NCBI GenBank assembly: GCA_046483125.1
Contig: JAWODU010000019.1
Span: 1,911-65,910, forward strand
Reading direction: 5' to 3'
DNA: 64,000 nt
Origin: Kiritimatiellia bacterium
GTDB taxonomy: Bacteria > Verrucomicrobiota > Kiritimatiellia > UBA8416 > JAWODU01
Below the pieces are notes generated by a model. That model made no database searches. It was not told the origin of the DNA and saw nothing but the letters and a program-made list of their open reading frames with translations. The position numbers and the translations under genes were made by a program. This document shows, one piece after another, positions 9,950 to 20,160 of the stretch. The first letter of the stretch is position 1. Each line of letters starts with the position of its first letter.

Positions 9950-12900
9950 CCCGCGTACTCGCGCGCGTTTTCGAACAGCCTGAGCCAGGGCCCTTCCTCG
10001 CCTTCACAGAAACCCTCAGGGCGATAGGACATCTGCACCGACCTGAACACCCGTTCCGGGTGAGGCATCATTATAGTCACACTTCCGTCCGGAGTGGTTA
10101 GCCCCGTGAGTCCCTCCGGGGAACCGTTGGGGTTATAAGGATACCTCCGGGTCGATTTGCCGTAATTGTCCACGAAACGGACGCAGGCCAGCCGCTTCTT
10201 ACGCAGGTCCTTTTCCGAACCGGTGACCCCGAAGTCCGCCCGGCCCTCCCCATGCGCCACAGGAACCCCGATTCTCGAACCCTCCATGCCTTTCAGAAGC
10301 ACCGAAGGGCTCTTTTCAATCCGGACCGTTATGTACCTGGCCTCGAACTGCTCGGAAAGATTGCCCGTAAAGGCCGGCCAGTGTTCGGCGCCGGGTATAA
10401 TCTCCTTCAACTGTGACATCATCTGGCACCCGTTGCACACTCCCAGGGCAAAGGTGTCTTCCCGCGCGAAGAACTCCGCGAATATCTCCTTGAGGCGCGG
10501 GTTGAAAAGTATCGATCTGGCCCACCCGGAGCCGGCTCCCAGCACGTCCCCGTAGGAAAACCCTCCGCAGACAGCCAGTCCGGCGAAACCGCACAGGTCC
10601 CCGCCGCCGAGAAGGTCCGTCATGTGAACATCAACGCAGGAGAAGCCCGCCCGGTCAAACGCCGCGGCCATTTCGAAGTGACCGTTTACGCCCTGTTCCC
10701 TCAGGATGGCAACCTTCGGCGCGGGACCCGGACGGAATGTCTCGCGTTTTGACGGATCGAACGACAGGGCGAAATTCATGCCGGGATCCTTTTCGTCGAG
10801 AAAGTTGTCGTACTCTTCCCCGGCGCATTGCGGGTTGTCGCGAAGCTTCTGCATCCGGCTTGTCAGCTCGGACCATGACCTGTGCATTTGCGTAAGGCTT
10901 CGTTTCAGAACCGGCCGGTCTTCCCTGAGGAAGGTTATTTCCCGTTGCCGAACGGGAGACCCCGCGACAAAACTGTGCTTTGCCAGGCCGTGCTCATCGA
11001 GGATTTCTCTCGCCCGCCCGGCCGCGTTTTCCGGGATCTGGAGCACCGCCCCCAGTTCCTCCGAAAACAGGACGGCCAGATCATCGTCCCCGAGTTCGTC
11101 CATATGCATCTTCGCGCCCGTTCCCCCGCCGAAACACATCTCGGCAACCGTCACCAGCAGTCCGCCGTCCGAACGGTCGTGATACGCAAGGAGTATTCCT
11201 TCATCCCTTAGACGTCCGACGGCGCTGAAAAAGGCCTTCAGCGTATCCGGGTCCTCCAGATCGGGACAATCCGCGCCCATCCGGTTGTAGACCCTGGCCA
11301 GCGCGGAACAGCCGAGCCTGTTTTTCCCAAGCCCAAGGTCTACCACGAACAGCAAGGAAGCTTCTCCCGTTTTAAGGTCGGGGGTCACGGTCCTGCGGAC
11401 GTCCTTCACCGGAGCAAACGCGCTTACAACAAGGCTCATCGGGGCGGTGATTTTCCGGCTCTCGCCGGCGGACGTCTGCCATACCGTCCGCATGGAAAGG
11501 GAATCCTTGCCCACCGGGATCGAGATTCCCAGGGCCGGACAGAGGTCCTCTCCGAGGGCCTTGACCGTGTCGTACAGGTTGGCGTCCTCGCCCTCCTCGC
11601 CGCACGGGCACATCCAGTTCGCGGACAATTTCACATCCCCGATATTGCGCACATCCGCCGATAGTATGTTCGTAATCGCCTCCCCTACTGCCATCCTTCC
11701 GGAGGCCGGAGCCGAAACTACGGCAATGTGAGTGCGTTCGCCCATGGCCATGGCCTCTCCCGTTACCGAGCCGCACGATGTGGAGGTCACGGCGGCGTCC
11801 GAGATCGGAACCTGGTAAGGACCGGCCATCTGGTCCCGGCACACGGTCCCGGTAATGGACCTGTCGGCAATCGTTATGAGAAAAGTCTTGTCCGCCACTG
11901 CCGGCAGTCTCAGCACCCTGTCCACGGCTTCGTCCACTTCCACATCCGACAGGTCAAGGGGAGCGTGCTTCTCCTCGAGGTGAGAGACATTCCTGACCAT
12001 CCGGGGCGGTTTACCGAACAGTACCTGCATATCCAGGTCTATGGGTTTATTATCAAAATGCCCGTCATGCAGTACAAGCCGCGCATCACCCGTGGCCTCT
12101 CCGATCAGCGACACCGGGCACCTCTCGCGTCTGCACAGTGCCAGGAAAGTCTCCAGCTCCGCGGACTTTACGGCCATAACGTACCTTTCCTGCGCCTCAC
12201 AGCACCATATCTCCATGGGGCTCATTGAAGAATCCTCGCTGTAAACCCTGCGTAATTCAAAACGCGCGCCCGTTTCCCGGACCAGTTCGGGACAGCCGTT
12301 GGAAAGGCCTCCCGCCCCCAGGTCGTGAATGCTCAATACCGGGTTCTGTTCTCCCGCCGCCATGCACGCGTCTATAACGCCCTGGCATCTTCTCTGCATT
12401 TCCGCGTTGTCGCGCTGTACGGAATCATAATCCAGGTCGGCCACGTTGCTCCCCGAGGCCATGGACGAAGCCGTTCCCCCTCCGAGCCCGATGCGCAGTG
12501 CGGGGCCGCCGATCTGGACAATATGCGCCTCGGGCGGAATGTCTTCCTTGTTTACGTGCTCGCGCCTGATGTTTCCCATGCCTCCCGCCACCATTATCGG
12601 TTTGTGATAGCCCCGGTAACGCCCGTTGTAGAATTCCTCGAATGTTTTAAATATACCTACAAGCTGTGGACGGCCGAACTCATTGCCGAAACGCGCCCCG
12701 CCAATGGGACCCTCGGTCATTATTTCAAGCGGGGTCGAAAGGCGCCCGGGAAACTCCGCGTAGTCTTTTTCCCAGGGCATGATGAAATCGGGAACCCGCA
12801 GGTTGGAAACCATGAACGCGCTGAGCCCGGCCTTGCTCCTCCCGCACCTTCCGGTAGCCGCCTCGTCCCTGATTTCGCCGCCCACTCCCGTGGCCGCTCC

Positions 12901-13815
12901 GGGATAGGGACATATGCCGGTGGGATGGTTGTGAGTTTCAACTTTCATTACGATATCCAGAATTGCCGGGACCCGGCGGTATTCGCGTCCGCCACTGCCG
13001 GACTGCCACCATCTGTCTTCGAAACCTTCAAGGATCGCGGCGTTGTCGCTGTAGGCGAGCAGTGTCCCTTCCGGATGTTTTTGGTGCGTGTTCCTGATCA
13101 TGGAAAAAAGGGATTTCTCCGCCTCTTTTCCGTCCAGAATCCAGTCGGCGTTGAATATCTTGTGCCTGCAGTGTTCGGAATTCACCTGCCCGAACATTAC
13201 CAGCTCCACGTCCGTGGGATTGCGCTTCATGGCGCGGTAAGATTCGTACAGGTAGTCTATTTCATCTTCGCTGAGCGCCAGTCCCATACTCGCGTTGGCC
13301 TCGGCAAGGGCCGGGCGGCCCCGCCCTGTCACGTCAACCTCCACAAGCGGAGCCGGCTCCATGCGGTCGAATATGTCCGACACATCCCTGTAAACGCCCT
13401 CGGTCATGCGGTCGTGCAGGAGCGGCAAAACCGGTTTGAGGGAATCAGCGCCGGGCTCCCTGCCCGAGCCGTCGATCAGGGAATACCTTATACCGCGCTC
13501 GACTCTCAGAATTTCCTTCAGACCGCAGTTCCTGAAAATATCGGTCGCCTTGGAGGACCAGGGCGAAATGGTCCCCTTCCTCGGCGTTACCAGCACTCCC
13601 CCGCCCTCACCGTCTCCTTCCCGTGCGCCCAGCAGTAAGCGCGCTTTCTCGAGGACATCGTCCGGCGGAGCGGATTCACAGCCCAGGAAGTAGACATACC
13701 CGGCGCGAATATTGCGGATATCGAGGCCGGGAGCCGCAGTGCGGATGCTGTTAAGCAGGGCGGCCTCCCTGAAGCCGGAAAGAGCGGCCCTGCCGTTGAG
13801 AATGATCGGTTTCAA
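9946..13815 (-). CDS. purL: Phosphoribosylformylglycinamidine synthase, large single-chain form
   Basis: Roughly 1290 aa with an FGAM synthase core and a C-terminal class I glutamine amidotransferase (GVCNGCQMM). A PurL-like N-terminus ([17 protein letters not shown]) begins at a TTG at 13815, preceded by a GGAGGAG RBS. The track ORF reaching 14148 is a spurious N-terminal extension through a repeat element. Confidence 0.9.
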   Translation of the reverse strand: MKPIILNGRAALSGFREAALLNSIRTAAPGLDIRNIRAGYVYFLGCESAPPDDVLEKARLLLGAREGDGEGGGVLVTPRKGTISPWSSKATDIFRNCGLKEILRVERGIRYSLIDGSGREPGADSLKPVLPLLHDRMTEGVYRDVSDIFDRMEPAPLVEVDVTGRGRPALAEANASMGLALSEDEIDYLYESYRAMKRNPTDVELVMFGQVNSEHCRHKIFNADWILDGKEAEKSLFSMIRNTHQKHPEGTLLAYSDNAAILEGFEDRWWQSGSGGREYRRVPAILDIVMKVETHNHPTGICPYPGAATGVGGEIRDEAATGRCGRSKAGLSAFMVSNLRVPDFIMPWEKDYAEFPGRLSTPLEIMTEGPIGGARFGNEFGRPQLVGIFKTFEEFYNGRYRGYHKPIMVAGGMGNIRREHVNKEDIPPEAHIVQIGGPALRIGLGGGTASSMASGSNVADLDYDSVQRDNAEMQRRCQGVIDACMAAGEQNPVLSIHDLGAGGLSNGCPELVRETGARFELRRVYSEDSSMSPMEIWCCEAQERYVMAVKSAELETFLALCRRERCPVSLIGEATGDARLVLHDGHFDNKPIDLDMQVLFGKPPRMVRNVSHLEEKHAPLDLSDVEVDEAVDRVLRLPAVADKTFLITIADRSITGTVCRDQMAGPYQVPISDAAVTSTSCGSVTGEAMAMGERTHIAVVSAPASGRMAVGEAITNILSADVRNIGDVKLSANWMCPCGEEGEDANLYDTVKALGEDLCPALGISIPVGKDSLSMRTVWQTSAGESRKITAPMSLVVSAFAPVKDVRRTVTPDLKTGEASLLFVVDLGLGKNRLGCSALARVYNRMGADCPDLEDPDTLKAFFSAVGRLRDEGILLAYHDRSDGGLLVTVAEMCFGGGTGAKMHMDELGDDDLAVLFSEELGAVLQIPENAAGRAREILDEHGLAKHSFVAGSPVRQREITFLREDRPVLKRSLTQMHRSWSELTSRMQKLRDNPQCAGEEYDNFLDEKDPGMNFALSFDPSKRETFRPGPAPKVAILREQGVNGHFEMAAAFDRAGFSCVDVHMTDLLGGGDLCGFAGLAVCGGFSYGDVLGAGSGWARSILFNPRLKEIFAEFFAREDTFALGVCNGCQMMSQLKEIIPGAEHWPAFTGNLSEQFEARYITVRIEKSPSVLLKGMEGSRIGVPVAHGEGRADFGVTGSEKDLRKKRLACVRFVDNYGKSTRRYPYNPNGSPEGLTGLTTPDGSVTIMMPHPERVFRSVQMSYRPEGFCEGEEGPWLRLFENAREYAG

Positions 13816-13879
13816 AGGTTGCGCTCCTCCGTGTGTTGTGAGACGGGTCCTTAATACCACGGAGCGCCCGAGAACGTCA

Positions 13880-14160
13880 ACGCCCCTCGTCACGCAGGCC
13901 GGGGTGCGGGAGGGGTTCGGGTTCTCTGGGTTCTGCTTGTGCCCTTTCCCCCGCGTCGCGGGCGGCGTACTGGAGGTACTGTAGCGCCGCTTGTCCACGA
14001 TGCAAGGGGAGTGGAGCAGTAGGGACGTTGTCGGTTTTCCCATACATCCGTGAAATCTGTGGTTGCTCCCCTCCCCTCCCATCTTAATCGTAATCATAAT
14101 CCCAATCTTAATCTCTCCCTCCGTCCTCCGTCCTCTGCCATCTGCCATCTGTCGTCTTTT
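13880..14160. repeat. GC-rich mosaic intergenic repeat element (copy A) with a hairpin-capable core and a CT-rich tract
   Basis: gcgggaggggttcggg...ccctttcccccgcgtcgcgggcggcgtactggaggtactgtagcgccgc...gatgcaagggga recurs at 15481-15660 in the same orientation and at 27400-27450 in reverse orientation. The CT-rich tract ctccctccgtcctccgtcc is shared with 54061-54090. Confidence 0.75.
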
Positions 14161-14174
14161 GTCCCTCTTTGCGG

Positions 14175-14840
14175 CTATCCTCCGGATTGTCTGCGAATTT
14201 CCTCCAGCAATTCGGCCGCCGCCGCCGCCGGATCCGGCGCCGCGGTCACGGCGCTTACCACCGCAATGGTGCGCGCCCCCGCCGCGAGCAGTGAGGGCAC
14301 GTGTTCCTTTCGTATGCCGCCCATGACCGTAAACGGAATTTTCACGTGGCTTGATATTTCCCTCAGTCCCTCCATTCCCAGACAGCGGCCGGCGTACTCC
14401 TTGGTGGCCGTGGGGAAAAGCGGCCCGATGTTCACGTACGAAGCACCGTCTTCCTGCGCCCTGACGGCTTCGTCGACGGAATGAGTTGAAGCCCCTATTA
14501 CTAAATCGGGCGCGAGCCGTCGCGCTTCTTTCACCGGAAGATCATCGGTACCCAGGTGTACTCCGTCGGCCTCAGCGGCCAGGGCCGCGTCAAGCCTGTC
14601 GTTCACGATCAGAAGCGCACCCGACCTCCGGGTCATCTTTCTTATCCGGCGGGAAAGGTCCGTAAGCTCGCGCGCCGTCATCTCCTTTTCCCTGACCTGC
14701 AGGAGTCTGACGCCGGAGGCCAGGACTGCTTCGGCAATTTCTTCCGTGCTCCTGCCCCTGGACGCCGGCGACGACGTCACAACATACAGCCCGGCGCGGC
14801 CGAACAGTTTCATTCTGCGGTCATGAAGCGAAATGTTCAT
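14175..14840 (-). CDS. thiE: Thiamine-phosphate synthase
   Basis: 221 aa with the ThiE TIM-barrel pattern ([19 protein letters not shown]). An alternative start exists at the ATG at 14813 ([13 protein letters not shown]). Confidence 0.85.
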   Translation of the reverse strand: MNISLHDRRMKLFGRAGLYVVTSSPASRGRSTEEIAEAVLASGVRLLQVREKEMTARELTDLSRRIRKMTRRSGALLIVNDRLDAALAAEADGVHLGTDDLPVKEARRLAPDLVIGASTHSVDEAVRAQEDGASYVNIGPLFPTATKEYAGRCLGMEGLREISSHVKIPFTVMGGIRKEHVPSLLAAGARTIAVVSAVTAAPDPAAAAAELLEEIRRQSGG

Positions 14841-14876
14841 AAATACAAGCGAAGCGGAAGGAGGGGGATCTGCCGG

Positions 14877-15455
14877 TCAGTTTCCGGCATGCGGACCCGA
14901 AAGGCGGTCTATTTCGTCCCTGAGCTTCGCCGCTTCTTCGTAGCGTTCCTCTTTAACCGCCTTTTTCAGCTCCGCCTGCAGTTCTTCCAGCGGTGTCAGG
15001 GCTTCTTTTTTCTTTTCTCCGCCGGTTTTTTTGCTTTCGTTTTTTTGTGCCTGAAGGTTTTCCAGAACGCGCGCCGCCCTGTCCATAACGTGCTCAGCCA
15101 CGTAAATCGGCGCCGAGGTCCTCAGCGCCAGCGCTATGGCGTCGCTGGGCCGGGAATCCATCTCCATTTCACTGCCGTCGCGTTCCAGGATAAGGCGGGC
15201 GTAGAATGTATTGTCCTTCAGGTCGCTGACTTCGACCCTGTGAAGGCGGCATTCCAGGAAATCCAGCGCATTTTTCAGAAGATCGTGCGTGAGGGGGCGG
15301 GGCAGATCGACGCCTTTCATTTTCAATGCTATCGCCTGGGCTTCGGAAGCGCCTATGAATATGGGGAGTACGCGCTCCTCGCCTTCTTTCCGGAGCATTA
15401 AAACGAAGTTCTTGTTTGCCAGGAGAAGAAGCTGGTCTACTTTAACGGGTATCAT
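14877..15455 (-). CDS. Bifunctional nuclease (DUF151/BFN) domain protein with C-terminal UVR motif
   Basis: 192 aa. LPIFIGASEAQAIALKMKGVDLPRPLTHDLL matches the BFN family. The C-terminal EERYEEAAKLRDEI is a UvrB/UvrC-type motif. Confidence 0.7.
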   Translation of the reverse strand: MIPVKVDQLLLLANKNFVLMLRKEGEERVLPIFIGASEAQAIALKMKGVDLPRPLTHDLLKNALDFLECRLHRVEVSDLKDNTFYARLILERDGSEMEMDSRPSDAIALALRTSAPIYVAEHVMDRAARVLENLQAQKNESKKTGGEKKKEALTPLEELQAELKKAVKEERYEEAAKLRDEIDRLSGPHAGN

Positions 15456-15480
15456 GTCTCTTTCTTAGCATATGATCCCA

Positions 15481-15760
15481 CATCGCGCAACCCGTTTGCG
15501 CCCCTCCCCGCGTCACGCAGGTCGCGGCTTGGAGCGCGGGAGGGGTTCGGGGTCTCCGGGTTGTGCTTGCGCCCTTCCCCCCGCATCGCCGGCGGCCACT
15601 GGAAGATGATAGCGCCGCCGGACGCGATGCAAGGGAAACAGACCTCCCCCCATCCTGTAGATCCTGTTGATCCTGTCAAAAAATCCCCATGAGAATCCTG
15701 CGGAAGCGAAATGCGTGACGCAACAGCCCGCATCGCCGGCGGCTATTCCCCGGCGAAAAG
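15481..15760. repeat. GC-rich intergenic repeat element (copy B, about 1.5 tandem units) containing three 9-bp tandem repeats at 15651-15676
   Basis: High identity to 13880-13990. The core cgcatcgccggcggc occurs twice (about 15591 and 15728). gaagcgaaatgcgtgacgcaacagcc is the reverse complement of 27443-27468. Spurious ORFs on both strands share the peptide AEAKCVTQQPAS because of this repeat. Confidence 0.75.
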
Positions 15761-17356
15761 GCTCCGGACGAACTCCGATTCAAGGGAATCCATGCCCTTC
15801 GTATTCTGCGCCTTGTCAAGCAGATCCTTCAATTCAACTATTTCCTCCAGCAGGATCATCCGGGCGAGGTGGGAATTCTTCCTTGCGGTATTCAGAACCA
15901 GTTTGGATTGTTCTTCGGTCAGTGTGATAACTATGTCTTCCTTGCGCATCTGGCACATTGGCCGGTCCATGTCCAGCCGGTGCACAAAAAACTCCTCGTT
16001 GCGGAAAGCCTGCTCCACGCGCAAACGCATGAAATGGCACACCTCGCGGGACGGAAAATCCATCACGATTGTATCCGTCTCTTCCTGTTTCCTTCCGGCA
16101 AGCTCGCCCCTGACACCCGTGCCGCCGCTGAAAGTGCCGCTGATAAGCCCCGGCGCGATAATACTTGATATGAAAAGGGCCATTACCGCCACGCCGAAAA
16201 GATCTCTTCCGATTATGCCGGACGAAAGCCCGATCCCGGCCACGATCATTGTCACTTCGCCCCTGGGAAGCATTCCCGCGCCTATCCGGGCCGCGCCCCT
16301 CGCGTTGAATCCAAGCGCCAGCGCCGGCAGTCCACAGCCGAAAAACTTCCCGGCTACGGCCGCGGCGGTATAGACGCACCCGAACAGCAAAACGGGCATC
16401 AGGGCGCTGAAATCCACCATCATGCCCATAACGCAGAAGAAAACCGGAACAAAGAACTGGTACACCCCGCTCAGTCTCTCGTGGATTTCGTGCACAACAT
16501 CCGTACGTGCCAGCGAAAAGCCCGCCACGTAAGCGCCGATTATCATGGCCAGCCCCGCGAGTTCGAACAGTCCCGCCAGGAACAGGGCAACGCCGAAAGC
16601 AGTGGCCGCTATCACGTCGTTGGATTTGAACCATTTCAGCAGGCGCGTCAGCCTCGGCGCCAGCAGAATCCCTAACAGCGAACAGCCGATCCACAGTCCC
16701 AGGGCCTTACCGGCCACCCCCGCAGCATTTCGCCAGCCGGGACCTCCCGACGAACCTGCCCGCTGGGAAACGCTTACGACTACCGCAAGAACCACCATTC
16801 CCAGCACGTCATCCAGAACGGCGCCGGACAGTATTGTCACACCCTCCGGTGAAGACATTTTCCTGTTTTCCGAAAGTATACGCGCGGTAATGCCCACGGA
16901 AGTTGCCGTGGAAACGGTTCCCAGGAAGAGCGCCGGAGGGTCCAGAAACGAATCGGCGACCCCCCACCACACTGCTATGAGATCGCCAAGCGCGAACGAC
17001 ACAACCACACCCCCCACGCCTATACCCGTGCCGACCAGCGAGTACTTCGCGAACAGTGAAAGATCCGTTTCCAGGCCAGCGCGGAAAAGCAGAACAACCG
17101 ACGCTATCGCCGCCAGGCTGTAAAGCTCCATGCTGACCGGCAGTGTTCCGTGGCTTCCGTTAAGCGGAAAAAGAGCTTTGCCGATCAGCGGAATGCTCAT
17201 GCCCCCCAGGGCGTACGGTCCTATCACCATGCCCGCTATCACTTCGCCCAGGACCCGCGGCTGTTTCAGGTAACGCGTAAACAGGCATCCGAAAGTTTTG
17301 GCGACAATCAGGATGACGGCGAGCTGGAAAACAAGCCGTATTATTGAACTGAGCAT
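15743..17356 (-). CDS. Cation:proton antiporter (CPA/NhaP-Kef type) with C-terminal soluble domain
   Basis: 537 aa, polytopic, with a VIAGMVIGPYALGG N-terminal motif typical of the Na_H_exchanger family. Confidence 0.8.
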   Translation of the reverse strand: MLSSIIRLVFQLAVILIVAKTFGCLFTRYLKQPRVLGEVIAGMVIGPYALGGMSIPLIGKALFPLNGSHGTLPVSMELYSLAAIASVVLLFRAGLETDLSLFAKYSLVGTGIGVGGVVVSFALGDLIAVWWGVADSFLDPPALFLGTVSTATSVGITARILSENRKMSSPEGVTILSGAVLDDVLGMVVLAVVVSVSQRAGSSGGPGWRNAAGVAGKALGLWIGCSLLGILLAPRLTRLLKWFKSNDVIAATAFGVALFLAGLFELAGLAMIIGAYVAGFSLARTDVVHEIHERLSGVYQFFVPVFFCVMGMMVDFSALMPVLLFGCVYTAAAVAGKFFGCGLPALALGFNARGAARIGAGMLPRGEVTMIVAGIGLSSGIIGRDLFGVAVMALFISSIIAPGLISGTFSGGTGVRGELAGRKQEETDTIVMDFPSREVCHFMRLRVEQAFRNEEFFVHRLDMDRPMCQMRKEDIVITLTEEQSKLVLNTARKNSHLARMILLEEIVELKDLLDKAQNTKGMDSLESEFVRSLFAGE

Positions 17357-17362
17357 CTGTGA

Positions 17363-17809
17363 TCACCCCGCAAGGATTCTGATAATTTCCGCGGCGGATT
17401 CGGCCTGCAGGATACGTTCGCGGATTTTCGGGTTGCTGAGCAGTTTGCTGATCTCCGACAGGTACTGAATATGCGGTCCGCTGTGATCGACCGGCGAAAG
17501 CGTCATCACGAAAATCCTCGACGGTTTTCCGTCCATGGCCTCGAAATCGACGCCTTCTTTTTTGAGGCCAATGGCAGTCGCGAGTTTTTTTACCGCCGAA
17601 GTCTTGCCGTGGGGTATGGCAACGCCGCACTGCATCCCGGTCGACATCTTTCTCTCGCGGGACATTACGGATTCAAGCGCCTCAACGCGATCCCTTATAA
17701 GCCCCGCGGATTCCAGCATGCCGATCATCTCCTCGATTATGGCTTCTTTGGTCTCACCTTTCAGGTGGGCCGTACAGCATCCTTCCTTGAGAGCTTTCTT
17801 GAAATTCAT
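17363..17809 (-). CDS. PTS EIIA type-2 (PtsN/fructose-like) domain protein
   Basis: AIPHGKT phosphorylatable-His motif and the EIIA-2 fold pattern. The track ORF starts at 17845; the ATG at 17809 (MNFKKALKEG) is the more plausible start. Ends 6 nt before the antiporter gene. Confidence 0.75.
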   Translation of the reverse strand: MNFKKALKEGCCTAHLKGETKEAIIEEMIGMLESAGLIRDRVEALESVMSRERKMSTGMQCGVAIPHGKTSAVKKLATAIGLKKEGVDFEAMDGKPSRIFVMTLSPVDHSGPHIQYLSEISKLLSNPKIRERILQAESAAEIIRILAG

Positions 17810-17948
17810 ATCACGTTTCCGATGCGGCAAAAAACAAGTTGCCAACGTATCACCGCCGCACGGCTTTGGCTATGGAAAATTTCGCGGCGTCCTGGTGCCG
17901 GCTTTCGGCCCTTTACCGCGTTCCATCAGGGGGCGGCTCACCCGCAAC

Positions 17949-18926
17949 TCATTCAAACACCGCCGTCCGCATTGAACTGTTGGAGCGGATATCACGCCTG
18001 AGAAGCCCGCTCAACTGCGAATGGATTTTCCCCGGCTGACCCGCGCCGATCGTCTCACCGTCAAATTCCTTCACCGCCACCACGTCAAGGGTCGTGCCGA
18101 CGACCAGCATTTCATCCGCTTCCTTCATGTCTTTTTTTGTGATATCCGAATATTCCGCGGCGGCAAGCCTGCCGGAACACACCAGCTCCTGCGCCAGTTC
18201 CAGTACCCTTACCATGGTTGTGCCCCTGAGAATACCGTCCAGGCGCGGGAAAAGAAGCCGTCCGTCCTTCGTGACGATGCCCATGTTCTCCGTGGCTCCC
18301 TCGGCCAGCAATCCTTCGTCGTCAAATCCGGCGGCAAAATCGGCTTCCCTTTCAAGGGCCTCTTTCTTCATCAGCACATTCGGAAGGTAATTACAGCATT
18401 TCACGCGGGCGTATTCCGGGCGCTTCACCGGTATGGAACTGGAGATAACCCGCGCCCCTTCCGGGTGTGTATTCATGAAAGGCTCTTTCAGAACGGCCGC
18501 GACCACGTACAGGCCGGTCTGCGGACAGTCCGCCGGACTCACACCAAGACTGCCCGGCCCCCGGGAAACCAGGACGCGAATAGAGCAGTTCCGTCTTCCG
18601 CCGGCACGCGCGGTTTCCAGTACCAGAGCGCCGATTTCATCCATGTTCCCGGCCGGCTCAAGGTCAAGGGCCTCCGCCGACCGGCCTAGCCTCTCCAGAT
18701 GCGCATTCATGTTGTACACCGCGCCGTTTACGCATTTCAGGCTTTCAAACACGCCGTCGCCGCGATGAACCACGTGATCGTCGAAGGGGACAGTCATCAG
18801 CACGGGATCGGTTACTATCCCGTCCCACGCGTTTGAATACATGGCCAGGTACCGGTCGTGAAAAGGCCGCCTGGCTTTTTCGGCCAGGAGAAAGAAGGAA
18901 TCGAGATCAAACCGCCTGATTTTCAA
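17949..18926 (-). CDS. Class IV (fold type IV PLP) aminotransferase, BCAT/ADC-lyase-like
   Basis: 325 aa. HRGDGVFESL and ERLGRSAEAL motifs are typical of IlvE/PabC/Dat-family enzymes. Confidence 0.75.
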   Translation of the reverse strand: MKIRRFDLDSFFLLAEKARRPFHDRYLAMYSNAWDGIVTDPVLMTVPFDDHVVHRGDGVFESLKCVNGAVYNMNAHLERLGRSAEALDLEPAGNMDEIGALVLETARAGGRRNCSIRVLVSRGPGSLGVSPADCPQTGLYVVAAVLKEPFMNTHPEGARVISSSIPVKRPEYARVKCCNYLPNVLMKKEALEREADFAAGFDDEGLLAEGATENMGIVTKDGRLLFPRLDGILRGTTMVRVLELAQELVCSGRLAAAEYSDITKKDMKEADEMLVVGTTLDVVAVKEFDGETIGAGQPGKIHSQLSGLLRRDIRSNSSMRTAVFE

Positions 18927-19797
18927 TTTTCGCTTTTGCCCTTTCCGCCGTGTACGACGCCTGCTCTTCGGAGTAGTAGGAACTCCTTATCAGGGGCCCG
19001 GACACAACAACTTCCAGTCCCTTCGCGAGCCCGGACTTTTTGAGCCCTTCGAATTCCTCCGGCGTCACGTAACGGCTCACCGGAAGGTGCAAAGCCGTCG
19101 GCTGAAGGTACTGCCCGGCGTAGAATATCCCGCATCCCGCCCCGGCCGCGTCCTCCATCAACCCGTCCACTTCCTCCATTGTTTCGCCGAGTCCCAGCAT
19201 TACAGCCGTTTTCGTAACCAGCCCGTATTCGCGTGCCGCCCTGATTACGTCAAGGGACCTGTCGTAATCCGCCTGCGGCCTTGCCGCCGGATACAGCGAA
19301 CGGACCGTTTCGAGATTGTGGCCGAACACATCCGGCTCCGCCTCGAACACCGCGCCGAGCGCTTCATCCGATCCGCGGAAATCCGGCACCAGCACTTCAA
19401 CGGTAATGTCCGGTGAAATCTCCCGGACACGCCTTATGGTTTCGGCCCATATCGCGGCCCCGCCGTCGGGCATATCGTCCCGGGTCACGGAAGTCAGGAC
19501 CACGTTTTGCAGTCCCGCTCTGCGAATCGCCTCGGCCGCCCGCCGCGGCTCGTCCGGGTCGGCCTTTTCCGGCTTTCCCGAGCCGACGCCGCAGAAGGCG
19601 CAGTTGCGGGTGCAGGTATCGCCCAGGATCATCAAAGTGGCATGGCCGTGTTCCCAGCATTCTCCGATGTTGGGGCACATCGCTTCCCGGCAGACCGTGT
19701 GCAGGCCCAGCGAATCCACGATGTTCCTGAGGCGCGAGTACTCCGGGCCCGTCGGGATCTTCGCCCTCAGCCACTCCGGCTTCTTGAGTTTCTGCAT
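18907..19797 (-). CDS. lipA: Lipoyl synthase
   Basis: 296 aa. CPNIGECW and CTRNCAFC radical-SAM and auxiliary cluster motifs, plus a conserved LipA C-terminus. Confidence 0.9.
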   Translation of the reverse strand: MQKLKKPEWLRAKIPTGPEYSRLRNIVDSLGLHTVCREAMCPNIGECWEHGHATLMILGDTCTRNCAFCGVGSGKPEKADPDEPRRAAEAIRRAGLQNVVLTSVTRDDMPDGGAAIWAETIRRVREISPDITVEVLVPDFRGSDEALGAVFEAEPDVFGHNLETVRSLYPAARPQADYDRSLDVIRAAREYGLVTKTAVMLGLGETMEEVDGLMEDAAGAGCGIFYAGQYLQPTALHLPVSRYVTPEEFEGLKKSGLAKGLEVVVSGPLIRSSYYSEEQASYTAERAKAKIENQAV

Positions 19798-19853
19798 ACC
19801 AACCGCCGCACTTCTCCATCCTGCCGATCCGGGAAAATCCTGACTGCTGAATA

Positions 19854-19929
19854 TGGAGCCAGCTGTCAGATTCGAACTGACGACCTAGTGATTACAAATC
19901 ACTTGCTCTGCCGACTGAGCTAAGCTGGC
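19854..19929 (-). tRNA. tRNA-Thr (anticodon UGU), 76 nt, CCA encoded
   Basis: The reverse complement folds as a cloverleaf: acceptor GCCAGCT/AGCTGGC, D-arm GCTC..GAGC, anticodon stem AGTGA/TCACT with loop TTTGTAA, T-arm GTCAG-TTCGAAT-CTGAC, discriminator T, CCA. Confidence 0.85.
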
Positions 19930-20160
19930 CCCGGTCCAGTATCATGCCTGCACCAAAAACATAATACGCGAGCGCCCCCTGCGCAATACACAAAAGAGAG
20001 AAGGAAAAGTGCACCTGTGCGGCCGGATAAGTGTCTACAGCCGCTCGTCGACATTATTTCTCAAAAACGTTACCGTTAAACGAAATTGTACCTTGCAAAC
20101 CGGTAAGACAATGCTCTAGCATGATACATGTGAAGCGTGTGATTATCACAACAGCAGGAG

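Noticed and set aside
12325-13638. 437-aa plus-strand ORF
   Set aside because: It is antisense to purL, whose identity is unambiguous.
15651-15676. Possible CRISPR array (short tandem repeats)
   Set aside because: The units are 9 bp with no spacers, there are at most 3 copies, and no cas genes are present. This is not a CRISPR array.
15452-15927. Overlapping small ORFs sharing the peptide AEAKCVTQQPAS with ORFs at 27359-27855
   Set aside because: The shared peptide arises from translating copies of the intergenic repeat element in both orientations, not from a protein family.
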